From a virus (lineage: Duplodnaviria > Caudoviricetes): 54,276 nucleotides of DNA. The notes below the pieces were generated by a model. That model worked only from the letters and a program-made list of their open reading frames with translations, was not told the origin of the DNA and did no database searches. Location: IMG/VR virus record IMGVR_UViG_3300036794_000124, positions 1 through 54,276 of that record, one strand, 5' to 3'. Of this stretch, positions 43,306-51,951 are shown piece after piece (the first letter of the stretch is position 1; each line of letters opens with the position of its first letter). Made by a program: the position numbers and the translations under genes.

Positions 43306-44483
43306 CGCCAGATCCCCTCGGGCTTGCCGCGCGAACGCCATTCGCCGATCGGCTGCATGACCGGCGTCGTCTCCGGGCCGCGCTCGGCGGGCCAGAGCAC
43401 GGTCAGCTCCATGTGGCCGATGGGGACGCGGTTGGCGAGGTAGAGGCTTGCGTCCGCCTGCGCCCACTTCTTCCAGAAGGCGATGTCGGCGTCGGAGCGG
43501 CCCTCGTTCCACGAACCGTCCGGGGCCGGAACATCGGCGAACCACGGCTTGGGCAGGCCCCTAAGTTTGTCGGCCCGCAGCAGGGTGAGGCCGAAATGGG
43601 CGGTGGCCACCTCGGTCAGGTCGGCGTCGAAAACCTCGGCCGGGACGCCGGACGCATTGCGCCCGTCCGGGCCCAGGATTGTGAAGAGCCGACCGATGGC
43701 GGCGCCGCGGCCGGCCTGGACGGCGGCGATCGCGTCGGCCTCCGGATGGCAGCACATCAGCTGCAGCAGCATGGCCGCGTCACCTCGGTTGAAGACCGAG
43801 TCGTAGTCGAGGCAGAGGATGGCGTCGGGCTCGTCTTCCCTCAGTGCCTCCTCGATCACCCGCTCCAAGCACTGGTGCCAGTAGGCCCCGGTGTAGCGGC
43901 GCAGTTTGACGTTGAGCGAGGGCAGCGCCTCGATCGCCGCGAACATGTTGTCCATGAACGCCAGGCGCGGGGTCGACATCACCGCCGAGACCGAGATCTC
44001 CGCCAGGTGCGGCTTCACGCCCTCGAGGTTGAGGGAGATCGGCAGGGACGCGCAGTCGGCCAGTTCGCTCTCCCACGGCCGGATGAGCATCAGCCCGGCC
44101 TGGGCCATGAGGGTCTGGAGATGGGCCCTGTCGAAGAGGGCCCTGTGGAAATCATCGGCCGCCGTCTGGCCGCCCATCAGGAAAGCCTCGGTCGGCTGGC
44201 GAGCGCCGGCCATGTAGCGCTCGGCGATGCGCGCGAAGTCCGGCACCGCGATCTTCAGCTTGCCGCCAGGCCGCAGCGCCCGGGACCAATCGGCGAGGAC
44301 GGCGGAGACCTGGCCCGACGGGAAGTGCTCGAGCACGTGGCTGGCGCGGATGATGTCGGCGCTGGCGTCAGCGACCGGCAGGGGGAAGATGGCGCTCCCG
44401 TGGGCGTTGCCCATCGGGATGTAGCCGGGGGGCGAGGTTTCGGCCGCGCCGAGGTCGAGGCAGACGAGCGGACGCATGTCCAT
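43302..44483 (-). CDS. Class I SAM-methyltransferase fused to GT-A (GT2-like) glycosyltransferase
   Basis: LDLGA...LP..DASADII.ASHVLEHF....W.RAL.PGG.L.I.VPD; C-half LCLDYDSVF (DxD), FGLTLLR...KPWF...DIAF...IGH. Confidence 0.8.
   Translation of the reverse strand: MDMRPLVCLDLGAAETSPPGYIPMGNAHGSAIFPLPVADASADIIRASHVLEHFPSGQVSAVLADWSRALRPGGKLKIAVPDFARIAERYMAGARQPTEAFLMGGQTAADDFHRALFDRAHLQTLMAQAGLMLIRPWESELADCASLPISLNLEGVKPHLAEISVSAVMSTPRLAFMDNMFAAIEALPSLNVKLRRYTGAYWHQCLERVIEEALREDEPDAILCLDYDSVFNRGDAAMLLQLMCCHPEADAIAAVQAGRGAAIGRLFTILGPDGRNASGVPAEVFDADLTEVATAHFGLTLLRADKLRGLPKPWFADVPAPDGSWNEGRSDADIAFWKKWAQADASLYLANRVPIGHMELTVLWPAERGPETTPVMQPIGEWRSRGKPEGIWR
43331..43345. repeat. Dispersed palindrome, one mismatch (GCGAACGCCATTCGC)
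   Basis: 25 bp upstream of the adaptor start. Confidence 0.75.
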
Positions 44484-45766
44484 CAGGCGGCCGCCGCGTG
44501 GGCCAGGGCCGGGTGATCGTCGGCCGGATCGTAGGCGCGAGTGTTGAGGCCGACGAGGATGCTTCCGGCCTTGAGGAGGAACCAGTGCGGGGTGCCGGCG
44601 CGGACGCGGTAGATGCGGCCGATCACCATAGGCGCGCCGACGCTGTCGGCGGCGAAGGCGATACGGCCCTCGCCCTCGCTGAGGATGAATATTTCGTCCT
44701 TGCGCGTGTGAAAGTGGCCACCGATCTCGCAGTCTTCCTTGACCGTGATCAGTTTGGCGTCGGGGAAGCTCTCCAGAACTCGGCGGGCGTCGCTGTGGAC
44801 CGCGCGCGGCGGGGCGAGCTTGGCCATCTCGGCGTCGACCATGATCGCCACCAGCTCGGCGAACTTGACCCTCGGCTCGAAGCCGAGGACGCGCCGGCTC
44901 TTGGCCGCGTCGCCGCACAGGAGGTCGACCTCGGCCGGGCGGGTGAGGTCCTCGTCATAGTCGACGTGAGCGCGCCAGTCGGCGATCCCGACATGGGCGA
45001 AGGCGGCGGCGACGAATTCCTCCACCGAGTGGGTCTCGCCGGTGGCGATGACGAAGTCGTCGGCCGTCTCGTGCTGGAGGATGCGCCAGATCCACTCGAC
45101 GTATTCCGGGGCGTAGCCCCAGTCGCGCTTGGCGGCGAGGTTGCCGAGGATGAGCTTGTCGCGCCGGCCGGCGGCGATCTCGGCTACCGCCTGGCAGACC
45201 TTGCGGGAAAGGAACGCCGGGCCCCGGCGGGGGCTCTCGTGGTTGAAGAGGATGCCGCAGGAGACGCGGGCCCCGTAGGCCTCGCGCCACACCCGGGCCA
45301 GCTCGAACGCCGCGACCTTCGAGGCCCCGTAGGGGCTGCGGGGATAGAAGGCCGTGGTCTCCGTCTGCGGCGTCTCGCGCACGCGGCCGAACATCTCGGA
45401 CGAACAGGCCTGGTAGACGCGCGGCTCCAGCCGCAGCGTCCGGCAGGTCTCCAGGATGCGCAGCAGGCCGCCGGCGTTGACGTCGAGGGTGACCTCGGGA
45501 TGGTCGTAGCTGTCGCGCACCTGGCTCATGCCGGCGAGGTTGTAGATCTCGTCCGGCCGCACCTTGTCGAGGATGCGCGCCAGGCTGAGACCGTCGGTCA
45601 TGTCGCCGGTGTGCAGGGTGATCTGGCCCAGCACGGCGGCGAGGTTGGAGGTGTTCGGCTGGGAGACGCGGCGGATGAGGCCGTGCACCTCGTAGCCCTT
45701 GGCGATCAGCAGCTCGGCCAGGTAGGACCCGTCCTGGCCGGTGATGCCGGTGATGAAAGCGCGCAT
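44483..45766 (-). CDS. gmd: GDP-mannose 4,6-dehydratase with C-terminal cupin domain
   Basis: FITGITGQDGSYLAELL, YQACSSEMFG, FYPRSPYGASK, GILFNHESPRRG, LGNL.AKRDWG; cupin GGHFHTRKDE...AGTPH. Confidence 0.93.
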   Translation of the reverse strand: MRAFITGITGQDGSYLAELLIAKGYEVHGLIRRVSQPNTSNLAAVLGQITLHTGDMTDGLSLARILDKVRPDEIYNLAGMSQVRDSYDHPEVTLDVNAGGLLRILETCRTLRLEPRVYQACSSEMFGRVRETPQTETTAFYPRSPYGASKVAAFELARVWREAYGARVSCGILFNHESPRRGPAFLSRKVCQAVAEIAAGRRDKLILGNLAAKRDWGYAPEYVEWIWRILQHETADDFVIATGETHSVEEFVAAAFAHVGIADWRAHVDYDEDLTRPAEVDLLCGDAAKSRRVLGFEPRVKFAELVAIMVDAEMAKLAPPRAVHSDARRVLESFPDAKLITVKEDCEIGGHFHTRKDEIFILSEGEGRIAFAADSVGAPMVIGRIYRVRAGTPHWFLLKAGSILVGLNTRAYDPADDHPALAHAAAA

Positions 45767-45822
45767 GGCGGTGTCCTCTGTCGGGAGGGATCGGCCCGGG
45801 TGTCGGCCCGGAGCGGAGTGGC

Positions 45823-46020
45823 TCAGGCCTTGGTTTCGGCCTCGGCCGCCGGTTCTTCGGCGGCGGCTTCCTCGCGGGGCGCGGCGGCCTCGTCGAGGAT
45901 GTTGTGCGCGGCGGCGACGGCGCCTTTGATGTGGTGCGGTTCGGCGTCGTGACGCCCGGCGAGCAGGGTCGCGGCGATCACGGCGACGGCGGCGGGGTCG
46001 TGGTCGGCTTTCTTGGCCAT
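45823..46020 (-). CDS. Small acidic hypothetical protein
   Basis: AAGGA RBS, 65 aa. Confidence 0.6.
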   Translation of the reverse strand: MAKKADHDPAAVAVIAATLLAGRHDAEPHHIKGAVAAAHNILDEAAAPREEAAAEEPAAEAETKA

Positions 46021-46138
46021 GGCGGGGTTTCCTTGAGGCGAGAGGGCGATGGGACCGGACCGACATCCGGCCCCATCTGATCAGCGCTGACTGGCAGTCC
46101 GGGTGCCGGCCCGGATGGGGAGGCCTGGCGGGAGGGCG

Positions 46139-46576
46139 TCAGCCCTCGGTCAGGACCATGGCGTTGGCCTTGGCCGCCGTGTAGGGGGCCTGCTCGCCGC
46201 GACCCAGGTTCGCCAGGATGGTGACGGTCTGGGTCGTCGCCGGGCTGTAGACTGGCTGGAGGTAGCGCTTGCGGCCGCGGCAATCGACGTTGAACTTGAA
46301 GTTGTTCTGGAGGACCGCGGTGGCCGCCGTGTTGGCGGCCGGGACGCTCGCCGGGGTGGCGAAAGCGGTGATGTCGGCGAAGGAGGACGAGTTGGTGACG
46401 TCGGCCTCCTGGAGCTTCACGACGGTGGGGGAGTTGGACACGACGTCCGCCGTGGTGGCGATGATGTCGATGGTCGCCCAGTCGTAGCCGAGGGTGTCGA
46501 TGATGCCCGAGGCCGTGGCCCCGTTGGTCTTGGAGACGCCGTTCACGGCGACGATGGTCTTGAGCTGCGGGGTCAT
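46139..46576 (-). CDS. Probable capsid decoration/cement protein
   Basis: Follows MCP, AAGGAG RBS, IIDTLGYD...KLQEAD...RKRYL. Confidence 0.65.
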   Translation of the reverse strand: MTPQLKTIVAVNGVSKTNGATASGIIDTLGYDWATIDIIATTADVVSNSPTVVKLQEADVTNSSSFADITAFATPASVPAANTAATAVLQNNFKFNVDCRGRKRYLQPVYSPATTQTVTILANLGRGEQAPYTAAKANAMVLTEG

Positions 46577-46634
46577 AAGAAGCTTCTCCTTTCAGAGAAT
46601 GGGATGGCGGAAGGGATGGCTCAGCCGGCGAGGG

Positions 46635-46663
46635 AGCGGGGGCGAACGGCGTTCGCCCCCGCT
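46635..46663. repeat. Dispersed palindrome extended to a 14-1-14 inverted repeat
   Basis: AGCGGGGGCGAACG-G-CGTTCGCCCCCGCT, 4 bp downstream of the MCP stop. Confidence 0.9.
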
Positions 46664-46667
46664 ACGA

Positions 46668-47984
46668 TCACGGGGACTTGGCGGCGACGAGCGGCCCGGC
46701 GGTGACGGTGTCGCCGAGGTCGTGGCAGTTGATGTCGAACCGCTCGGTGCCCAGCAGGCCGATCTGGTCGTTCTCGAAGTAGCGGTGATCGGACCGGCGG
46801 ATGGTGACCCCGCGGCGTTCGCCCAGGGCGGCGGCCTTGGAGAGGTCGCCGAACAGGAACTGCACCTTGCCGGAGCCGGGGGCGGCGATCGGCAGCTTCT
46901 GGGCGATGACCACCGGGAAGCCCAGCAGGCGAGGCTGCAAGGGATCGGTGGCCAGGGTGGCGATGGTGTTGCCGCCCGCCTTGGCCAGGACGGTGCCGGC
47001 CGCCGAGTAGAACATCTGCTGGCTCATGTACCACTTGGCGCGCTGGAGCGCGTATTGCGGCAGGACGCCCATGACGCCGGTGAAGTCGGCCGCGACGAGC
47101 GCGGTCAGGGTCGCCGAGGAGGTCGTGTATTGGCCGGCGGTGTGGCTGCCGTCGGCGAAGATCTGGGTGATCCCGCGCATGCCGCCGTAGGTCGAGGTGC
47201 CATCGCCGTTGAAGCCGCAGTCGTCTTCCTTGGCCGCGAAGGCGTAGGCGATTTCACCGACCAGCCAGTCGGCGACGGAGACCACGGCGTCCTCGGCTAT
47301 CTCGTTGGACATCCGGGTGAGGGCGCCCAGTTTCTTGGCCGTGAGGTTGATGTTGTCCCACTGGGCCTGGCTCTCGGTGATCGCCGTGTTCTCGCCGGTG
47401 AAGTAGGCGGTGAGGCCCCCCACGCGGCGCGGCCAGTTGAGGGTGTCGGAGCCCATCGGGACGACCTGGCATTCCTTGCGGAAGACGCCGAACTCTTCGC
47501 GAAGGACGATGATGTTGGCGAGCAGTTCCTCCGGCACCAGGAAGCCGCCGGCGGAATCGACGCCTTCGCCCTGGGCCTTGGTCACCGCCATGCCGTGCGA
47601 CTTGCACCAGTCGACGGCGGCGTCGTCGCCGAAGATGGTGGCCTTGAACCACATGCCGGCGGCGTAGGCCTGGTCGACGGCGCGCACCGTCCGGCCGTCG
47701 ATCTCACGGTCCTGGAAGTGCTTGAGCTTGCCGTAGAGCTTGTGGGCGCTGGGCGGCGCCGTCGGGGTCGTGCGGTCCTGGCCGGCGACGGGCGTCGCCA
47801 GGGCGGCGGCGATCTTCTCGGCTTCCTCGACGCGGGCCAGTTGGTCCTTGAGGTCGATGATCGTCTGCTTGAGGGCGTCGTAGACCTCCTGCTTGAAGCC
47901 TTCGGCTTCGGACTTTGCGCCCAGCGCCGAGAGTTCGTCGGCGGCCTTGGCCAGCTGCTGGCGCAGCTCGTGCTTCTTCGCCAT
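46668..47984 (-). CDS. Major capsid protein, HK97 fold, with N-terminal coiled-coil delta domain
   Basis: AGGFLVPEE, LTAKKLGAL...S.E..ED, F.GDG, FGDL, F..DQ.....TERFD; AGGAG RBS. Confidence 0.93.
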   Translation of the reverse strand: MAKKHELRQQLAKAADELSALGAKSEAEGFKQEVYDALKQTIIDLKDQLARVEEAEKIAAALATPVAGQDRTTPTAPPSAHKLYGKLKHFQDREIDGRTVRAVDQAYAAGMWFKATIFGDDAAVDWCKSHGMAVTKAQGEGVDSAGGFLVPEELLANIIVLREEFGVFRKECQVVPMGSDTLNWPRRVGGLTAYFTGENTAITESQAQWDNINLTAKKLGALTRMSNEIAEDAVVSVADWLVGEIAYAFAAKEDDCGFNGDGTSTYGGMRGITQIFADGSHTAGQYTTSSATLTALVAADFTGVMGVLPQYALQRAKWYMSQQMFYSAAGTVLAKAGGNTIATLATDPLQPRLLGFPVVIAQKLPIAAPGSGKVQFLFGDLSKAAALGERRGVTIRRSDHRYFENDQIGLLGTERFDINCHDLGDTVTAGPLVAAKSP

Positions 47985-48083
47985 GTCATGGCTCCTGTTT
48001 CAAAAGGGTTGGGTGGGTGTCGGTAAGGCGGCGCCTATCGCCGCCCGCCGCGGGGCGCTCTTCAGGTGTCGGCTCGGAGCGCC

Positions 48084-49493
48084 CTAGTCGATTGCGGGAA
48101 GATCGGCCCGGATCGCCGCGACCTCTTCGAGGCGGCGTTCTTCGGGCGAGAGGGCGGCGAGGCGCCTTTCCTCGTCGTCGTTCGGCTCTTCGACGGGCTC
48201 TTCTTCGGGCTCGCCATCCGGCTCCTCGTCACCGTCCATCAGGGCCTTGATGCACTTGGCCGTCTCGGCGTGGTGGCCCATCGCCTCCTCGAGCGTGGCG
48301 CGGGTGGCGGCGGAGATACGGCGTCCGGACTTGGCCGCGACGATGAGGATCGGCGCCGTCTTGGCGTCGGCGATGGCCGCCTCGTAGTGGTCGAGGACGG
48401 CCTTGGCGCTCTCCTTGACAGCGTCGGGGATGTCGGTCTGGGGCAGGCGCGCGGCGGCGGCGTGGATCCCGGAGGCGGCGGCCTTTAGTTCCCCGCCGAC
48501 GACGCGGGCGAAGGGCAGCTTGTAGGAACCGCGCAGCTTGGGCGCGCCGGCGTCGTAGGCGAGGAAGCCCTTGCGGGCGATGGCCGGGTCGAATTCGTCG
48601 CCGCCGGCGTGATCGAAGATCGAGGCCTCGGCGGCGGGGCCGTCCCAGTCGCCTTCCTCGTCGATCGGAAGGTCGCGGGCCGCGCCGCAGGTCCATTCCT
48701 CGGCGGCGCGAAGGGTCAGGCCCTTGGGGAGCACCAGGGTCGCCGAGGGATCGGCCTCCCAGCGGCGCATGGCGTCACGGGCCGTCTTGGCCAGGTCGGG
48801 GCTTACCGCCCGGTCGGCCTGGAGGTAGTAGCGGCGCGGACCGGCCTCCTTGGACTGGGCGCGCAGCCCCTCCAGCTCGTGGCGCGGCAGGAAGACGGTG
48901 TCGCCGCTGTCGAGCACCTTCTCGGCCCATTCGGCGAGGGGCCGGATGTCGACGCCGAGGCTGCGGGCCTCGCCCAGGGCGTTGGGGTTGCACGGCACCG
49001 GGCAGACGCTGATCTCGAGGAGCGTCTGCTTGGTGAAATCGATGCCGTACGGCCGATCCTTGTCGGAACTCCACGACCACTCCTTGGGCATGAAGCCGAC
49101 GGAGACGGCCTTGAGGTAGCCGCCGTCGACCAGGCGGAAGATGGTGTCGGCGAAATCGTAGGTCTCGGGCGGGGCGAACTCGATCTCGCCGACCAGCTCG
49201 GCCCCGACGACCTTGACGTTGGAGGCGCGGCCGATCGGCGGGTCCCAGCTCATGTGGCTGAAGAGGGCGACCGGGTTGCGGTTGAAGACCGCGAGGTCCC
49301 AGCCCTTGGGATCGATGGTGTCGCCGCTGTGGTCGACGGTGGCGTCGGAGAAGACGAAGCGCTTGGTGCGCTGGGCGCCCTCGACGGTCACCGGGTCGCC
49401 GGCGGCGTAGCGGAAGACGGTCCCTTCCGGGTGCGCGTCGCCGCCCTTGGCGGCGGCGCGGAAGGCGTCGGCCGACAGAAGCTTCATGGGCAT
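48084..49493 (-). CDS. HK97-family prohead protease with extra C-terminal domain
   Basis: DHSGD.I...GW....F.RNPV.LF.H...PIG...GYLKAVSVGF...LLEISVC.VPCNPNAL. Confidence 0.9.
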   Translation of the reverse strand: MPMKLLSADAFRAAAKGGDAHPEGTVFRYAAGDPVTVEGAQRTKRFVFSDATVDHSGDTIDPKGWDLAVFNRNPVALFSHMSWDPPIGRASNVKVVGAELVGEIEFAPPETYDFADTIFRLVDGGYLKAVSVGFMPKEWSWSSDKDRPYGIDFTKQTLLEISVCPVPCNPNALGEARSLGVDIRPLAEWAEKVLDSGDTVFLPRHELEGLRAQSKEAGPRRYYLQADRAVSPDLAKTARDAMRRWEADPSATLVLPKGLTLRAAEEWTCGAARDLPIDEEGDWDGPAAEASIFDHAGGDEFDPAIARKGFLAYDAGAPKLRGSYKLPFARVVGGELKAAASGIHAAAARLPQTDIPDAVKESAKAVLDHYEAAIADAKTAPILIVAAKSGRRISAATRATLEEAMGHHAETAKCIKALMDGDEEPDGEPEEEPVEEPNDDEERRLAALSPEERRLEEVAAIRADLPAID

Positions 49494-49507
49494 GAGAGCG
49501 GCTCCCT

Positions 49508-50551
49508 TTATGGCGCGACGAGGACGGCGATGCTGCCGGCCACGTTGTTGTCGCCCATGTCGTGGACCACGGCGGCGAAGCGCTCGGTGGCGAGGATGGC
49601 GATCTGGTCGGTGTCCAGGTAGCGATGGTCGGATCGCGCGATCGTCAGGCCGCGGCGCTGGCCGAGCACGGCGCCGGCGTAGAGATCGCCGAAGGCCATC
49701 ATCGCCTTGCCGGTGACCGAGGTGTTCACCAGCGGGAACTTCTGGCTGAAGACGACCGGGAAGCCGTTGTAGAACGGCGTCGAGATGCCATCCTCGAGGC
49801 GCGTCTCGAGGTAGCCGCCGGTCTCGGCCCGGGCCAGGGTCAGGGCGAAGCCCGAGACGCTGACGAACCATGCGGCCCGCTCCAGCGCCGAGGCGCGGAC
49901 GCCGGCGACGAGGTTGCCGAGGTCGGTGCTGTCCAGCAGCCCGTAGGTGTTGTGACCGGTGGCGGCGACGACCTTGGCCAAGCCGTGGACGCCATCGAGG
50001 GCGATCGTGGTGATCCCGCGCATGCCGCCGTAGGTCGCCGTGCCGTCGCCGTAGAAGCCGCAGTCGTCCTCCTTGGACGCCAGGGCCCAGGCCATCTCGT
50101 TGGCGACGTAGTCGACCATGTCGACGATGGCGTCTTCGGCCAGTTCGCTGGAGAGGGTGACGAGGGCGCCCAGCTTCTTGGCCGTTAGCTGCACGCCGTC
50201 CAGGTTGGTCGTGGACGCCCCGGCCGCCGCGCCCTCGCCGATGAAGGCGGCGGTGGACGAGCCGGTGCGGCGCGGGAAGAGCGAGGTGTCCGAGCCCATC
50301 GGCCAGACGCAGGCGCGGCGGCGGAAGGCCCCGAAGCTGTCGCGCAGATCGAGGATGGCGTTTTCCAGCTCGGTGGGGACGAGGAAGCCGCCGGCCGAGC
50401 CGATGCCCTCGCCGGTCGCCTTGCGGATTTGAACGCCCTTGCGGTCGCACCAGTCGCGCGAGACGGAGCGGCCATAGACCGTGGCCAGCAGCCAGTGGCC
50501 GGCGCGCTCATAGCGGTCGGCCTTGTCGGGGCCGGTAAAAGCTCGCTTCAT
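49508..50551 (-). CDS. Second major-capsid-protein paralogue lacking the N-terminal coiled coil
   Basis: SAGGFLVP, PMGSDT, LTAKKLGAL, KEDDCGF.GDGT.TYGGMRGIT, RSDHRY, TERF shared with 46668-47984; AAGGAG RBS. Confidence 0.9.
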   Translation of the reverse strand: MKRAFTGPDKADRYERAGHWLLATVYGRSVSRDWCDRKGVQIRKATGEGIGSAGGFLVPTELENAILDLRDSFGAFRRRACVWPMGSDTSLFPRRTGSSTAAFIGEGAAAGASTTNLDGVQLTAKKLGALVTLSSELAEDAIVDMVDYVANEMAWALASKEDDCGFYGDGTATYGGMRGITTIALDGVHGLAKVVAATGHNTYGLLDSTDLGNLVAGVRASALERAAWFVSVSGFALTLARAETGGYLETRLEDGISTPFYNGFPVVFSQKFPLVNTSVTGKAMMAFGDLYAGAVLGQRRGLTIARSDHRYLDTDQIAILATERFAAVVHDMGDNNVAGSIAVLVAP

Positions 50552-50578
50552 CGGCGCTCCTTCATGGGGCTGGCGACC

Positions 50579-50593
50579 GCGAACGCCGTTCGC
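50579..50593. repeat. Dispersed palindrome GCGAACG-C-CGTTCGC
   Basis: Perfect copy, intergenic between portal and second capsid gene. Confidence 0.9.
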
Positions 50594-50604
50594 GGAGCGG
50601 GTCT

Positions 50605-51933
50605 TCAGTCTTCGGCCGACTGGTCGTCGGCGGGGGCGGCCGGCGCGGCGGGATCGCCCGAGCCGCCGGGCGCCGGGGCGCCGGTGATGTCGCTGCCGGG
50701 GCCGGTTTCCTTGCCGGTCGGCTCGAAGCCGATCGGGGCGACGTTGGTCGGCTGGTAGAGGGTGTCGCCCTCGGGATGGTCGGGGAGGCCCTCGGCGCGG
50801 CGCGCCTCGTTGGGGGTGAGGAACATGCCGACGATGCCGGTGCGGTAGGCGGTGTAGCGCGTCTGCAGGGAGGCGCGGAGGATCCCCGAGACGTCGAACT
50901 CGACGAAGACGCCATCGGCGGCCAGGCCGAAGGTGACGGCGAGCTTGTCTTCCCAGCGGCCGAGGTCGGAGGAGACGACGCTGTTCATGTAGTCCTGGTC
51001 GAGCTGCTCCAGGCTCGCGCCCATGCCGCGCTCGACGATGCCGAGCTTGTGCGGCGGCAGGCGCCACAGCCGGGCGATCTCTTCGACCTGCATGCGGCGG
51101 CCGGCGATGAGCTCGGCGTCCTTGGCGGTCATGCCGAGCGCCTGCCACTTCACCCCCTGCTCGAGGACGGCGGTGGCCCCGGCGTTCTTCAGACCTTGCT
51201 TGCTCTCCTTCCAGGACTTTGCCAGGCGCTGGGAGGCCGGCTCGGAGAGCTTCTGGTCGGTCGTCAGCACCCCGCCGAGGTTGGTGGAGTTGGCCGACAG
51301 GCGTCCGGCCAGTTCCTGCTGCGAAAGCGCCAGGCCGATCACCTCTCGGGAAAGGCCGATGCGCGAGGCGCCGTAGAGGACGTTGTCGAACCCGATCCAG
51401 CGGACATGGAGAATGTCTTCCGCCGGGATCATCAAGGGGAAGGCGGCGAGGACCGCCGTCTCGTGCAGGCCGCGGCGGGCGACCTGGTAGAAGACCGCGC
51501 CGCCGGGGGCCTCGAATATCCACACCCGATCGGGGTTGACGGGCCACAGGCCGGTGATTCGGCCCCGGCCGTCGCGCAGGATGACGGCGTAGGCGTTGCC
51601 GCGCAGGAGGAGCGCGACCATCATCATCTCGACGAACTCGAAGCGGCCCTGGTCGCCGTTCGGCTGCTGGAGCACGCGCTCCAGGGGGTGATCGGCAGCG
51701 ATCGCCTTGCCGCCGCCGGGCAGCGGGCGATAGACGTGGACCGGCAGCTTGGCGACATCCTCGGCGCGGATGGAGACGCAGGCCTGGACGGTGGAGACCT
51801 GCATCGCCGAGAGCTGGGTCACGGCCATGCCGCCGGCGCTGACCGAGGTGGGCCCGAACTCGGCCCACCAGTCGTCGATCGACATCGCCGACTTGTTCGT
51901 AACCGCGTCCCAGACGCGCGACCAGATGCTCAT
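50605..51933 (-). CDS. Portal protein, HK97 family
   Basis: V.ACV....EDVAKLP, HPL..VL..PN, LLLRGNAY, EDILH.R, NAG..VLEQG, EIAR.WR.PPH, LTPNEAR..EGLP. Confidence 0.95.
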   Translation of the reverse strand: MSIWSRVWDAVTNKSAMSIDDWWAEFGPTSVSAGGMAVTQLSAMQVSTVQACVSIRAEDVAKLPVHVYRPLPGGGKAIAADHPLERVLQQPNGDQGRFEFVEMMMVALLLRGNAYAVILRDGRGRITGLWPVNPDRVWIFEAPGGAVFYQVARRGLHETAVLAAFPLMIPAEDILHVRWIGFDNVLYGASRIGLSREVIGLALSQQELAGRLSANSTNLGGVLTTDQKLSEPASQRLAKSWKESKQGLKNAGATAVLEQGVKWQALGMTAKDAELIAGRRMQVEEIARLWRLPPHKLGIVERGMGASLEQLDQDYMNSVVSSDLGRWEDKLAVTFGLAADGVFVEFDVSGILRASLQTRYTAYRTGIVGMFLTPNEARRAEGLPDHPEGDTLYQPTNVAPIGFEPTGKETGPGSDITGAPAPGGSGDPAAPAAPADDQSAED

Positions 51934-51951
51934 CGCGTCGGGGCCCTCCGG

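Noticed and set aside
46048-46077. Hairpin GATGGGACCGGA...TCCGGCCCCATC after the decoration gene
   Set aside because: No U-tract and ordinary for a GC-rich intergenic region; insufficient for a terminator or ncRNA call
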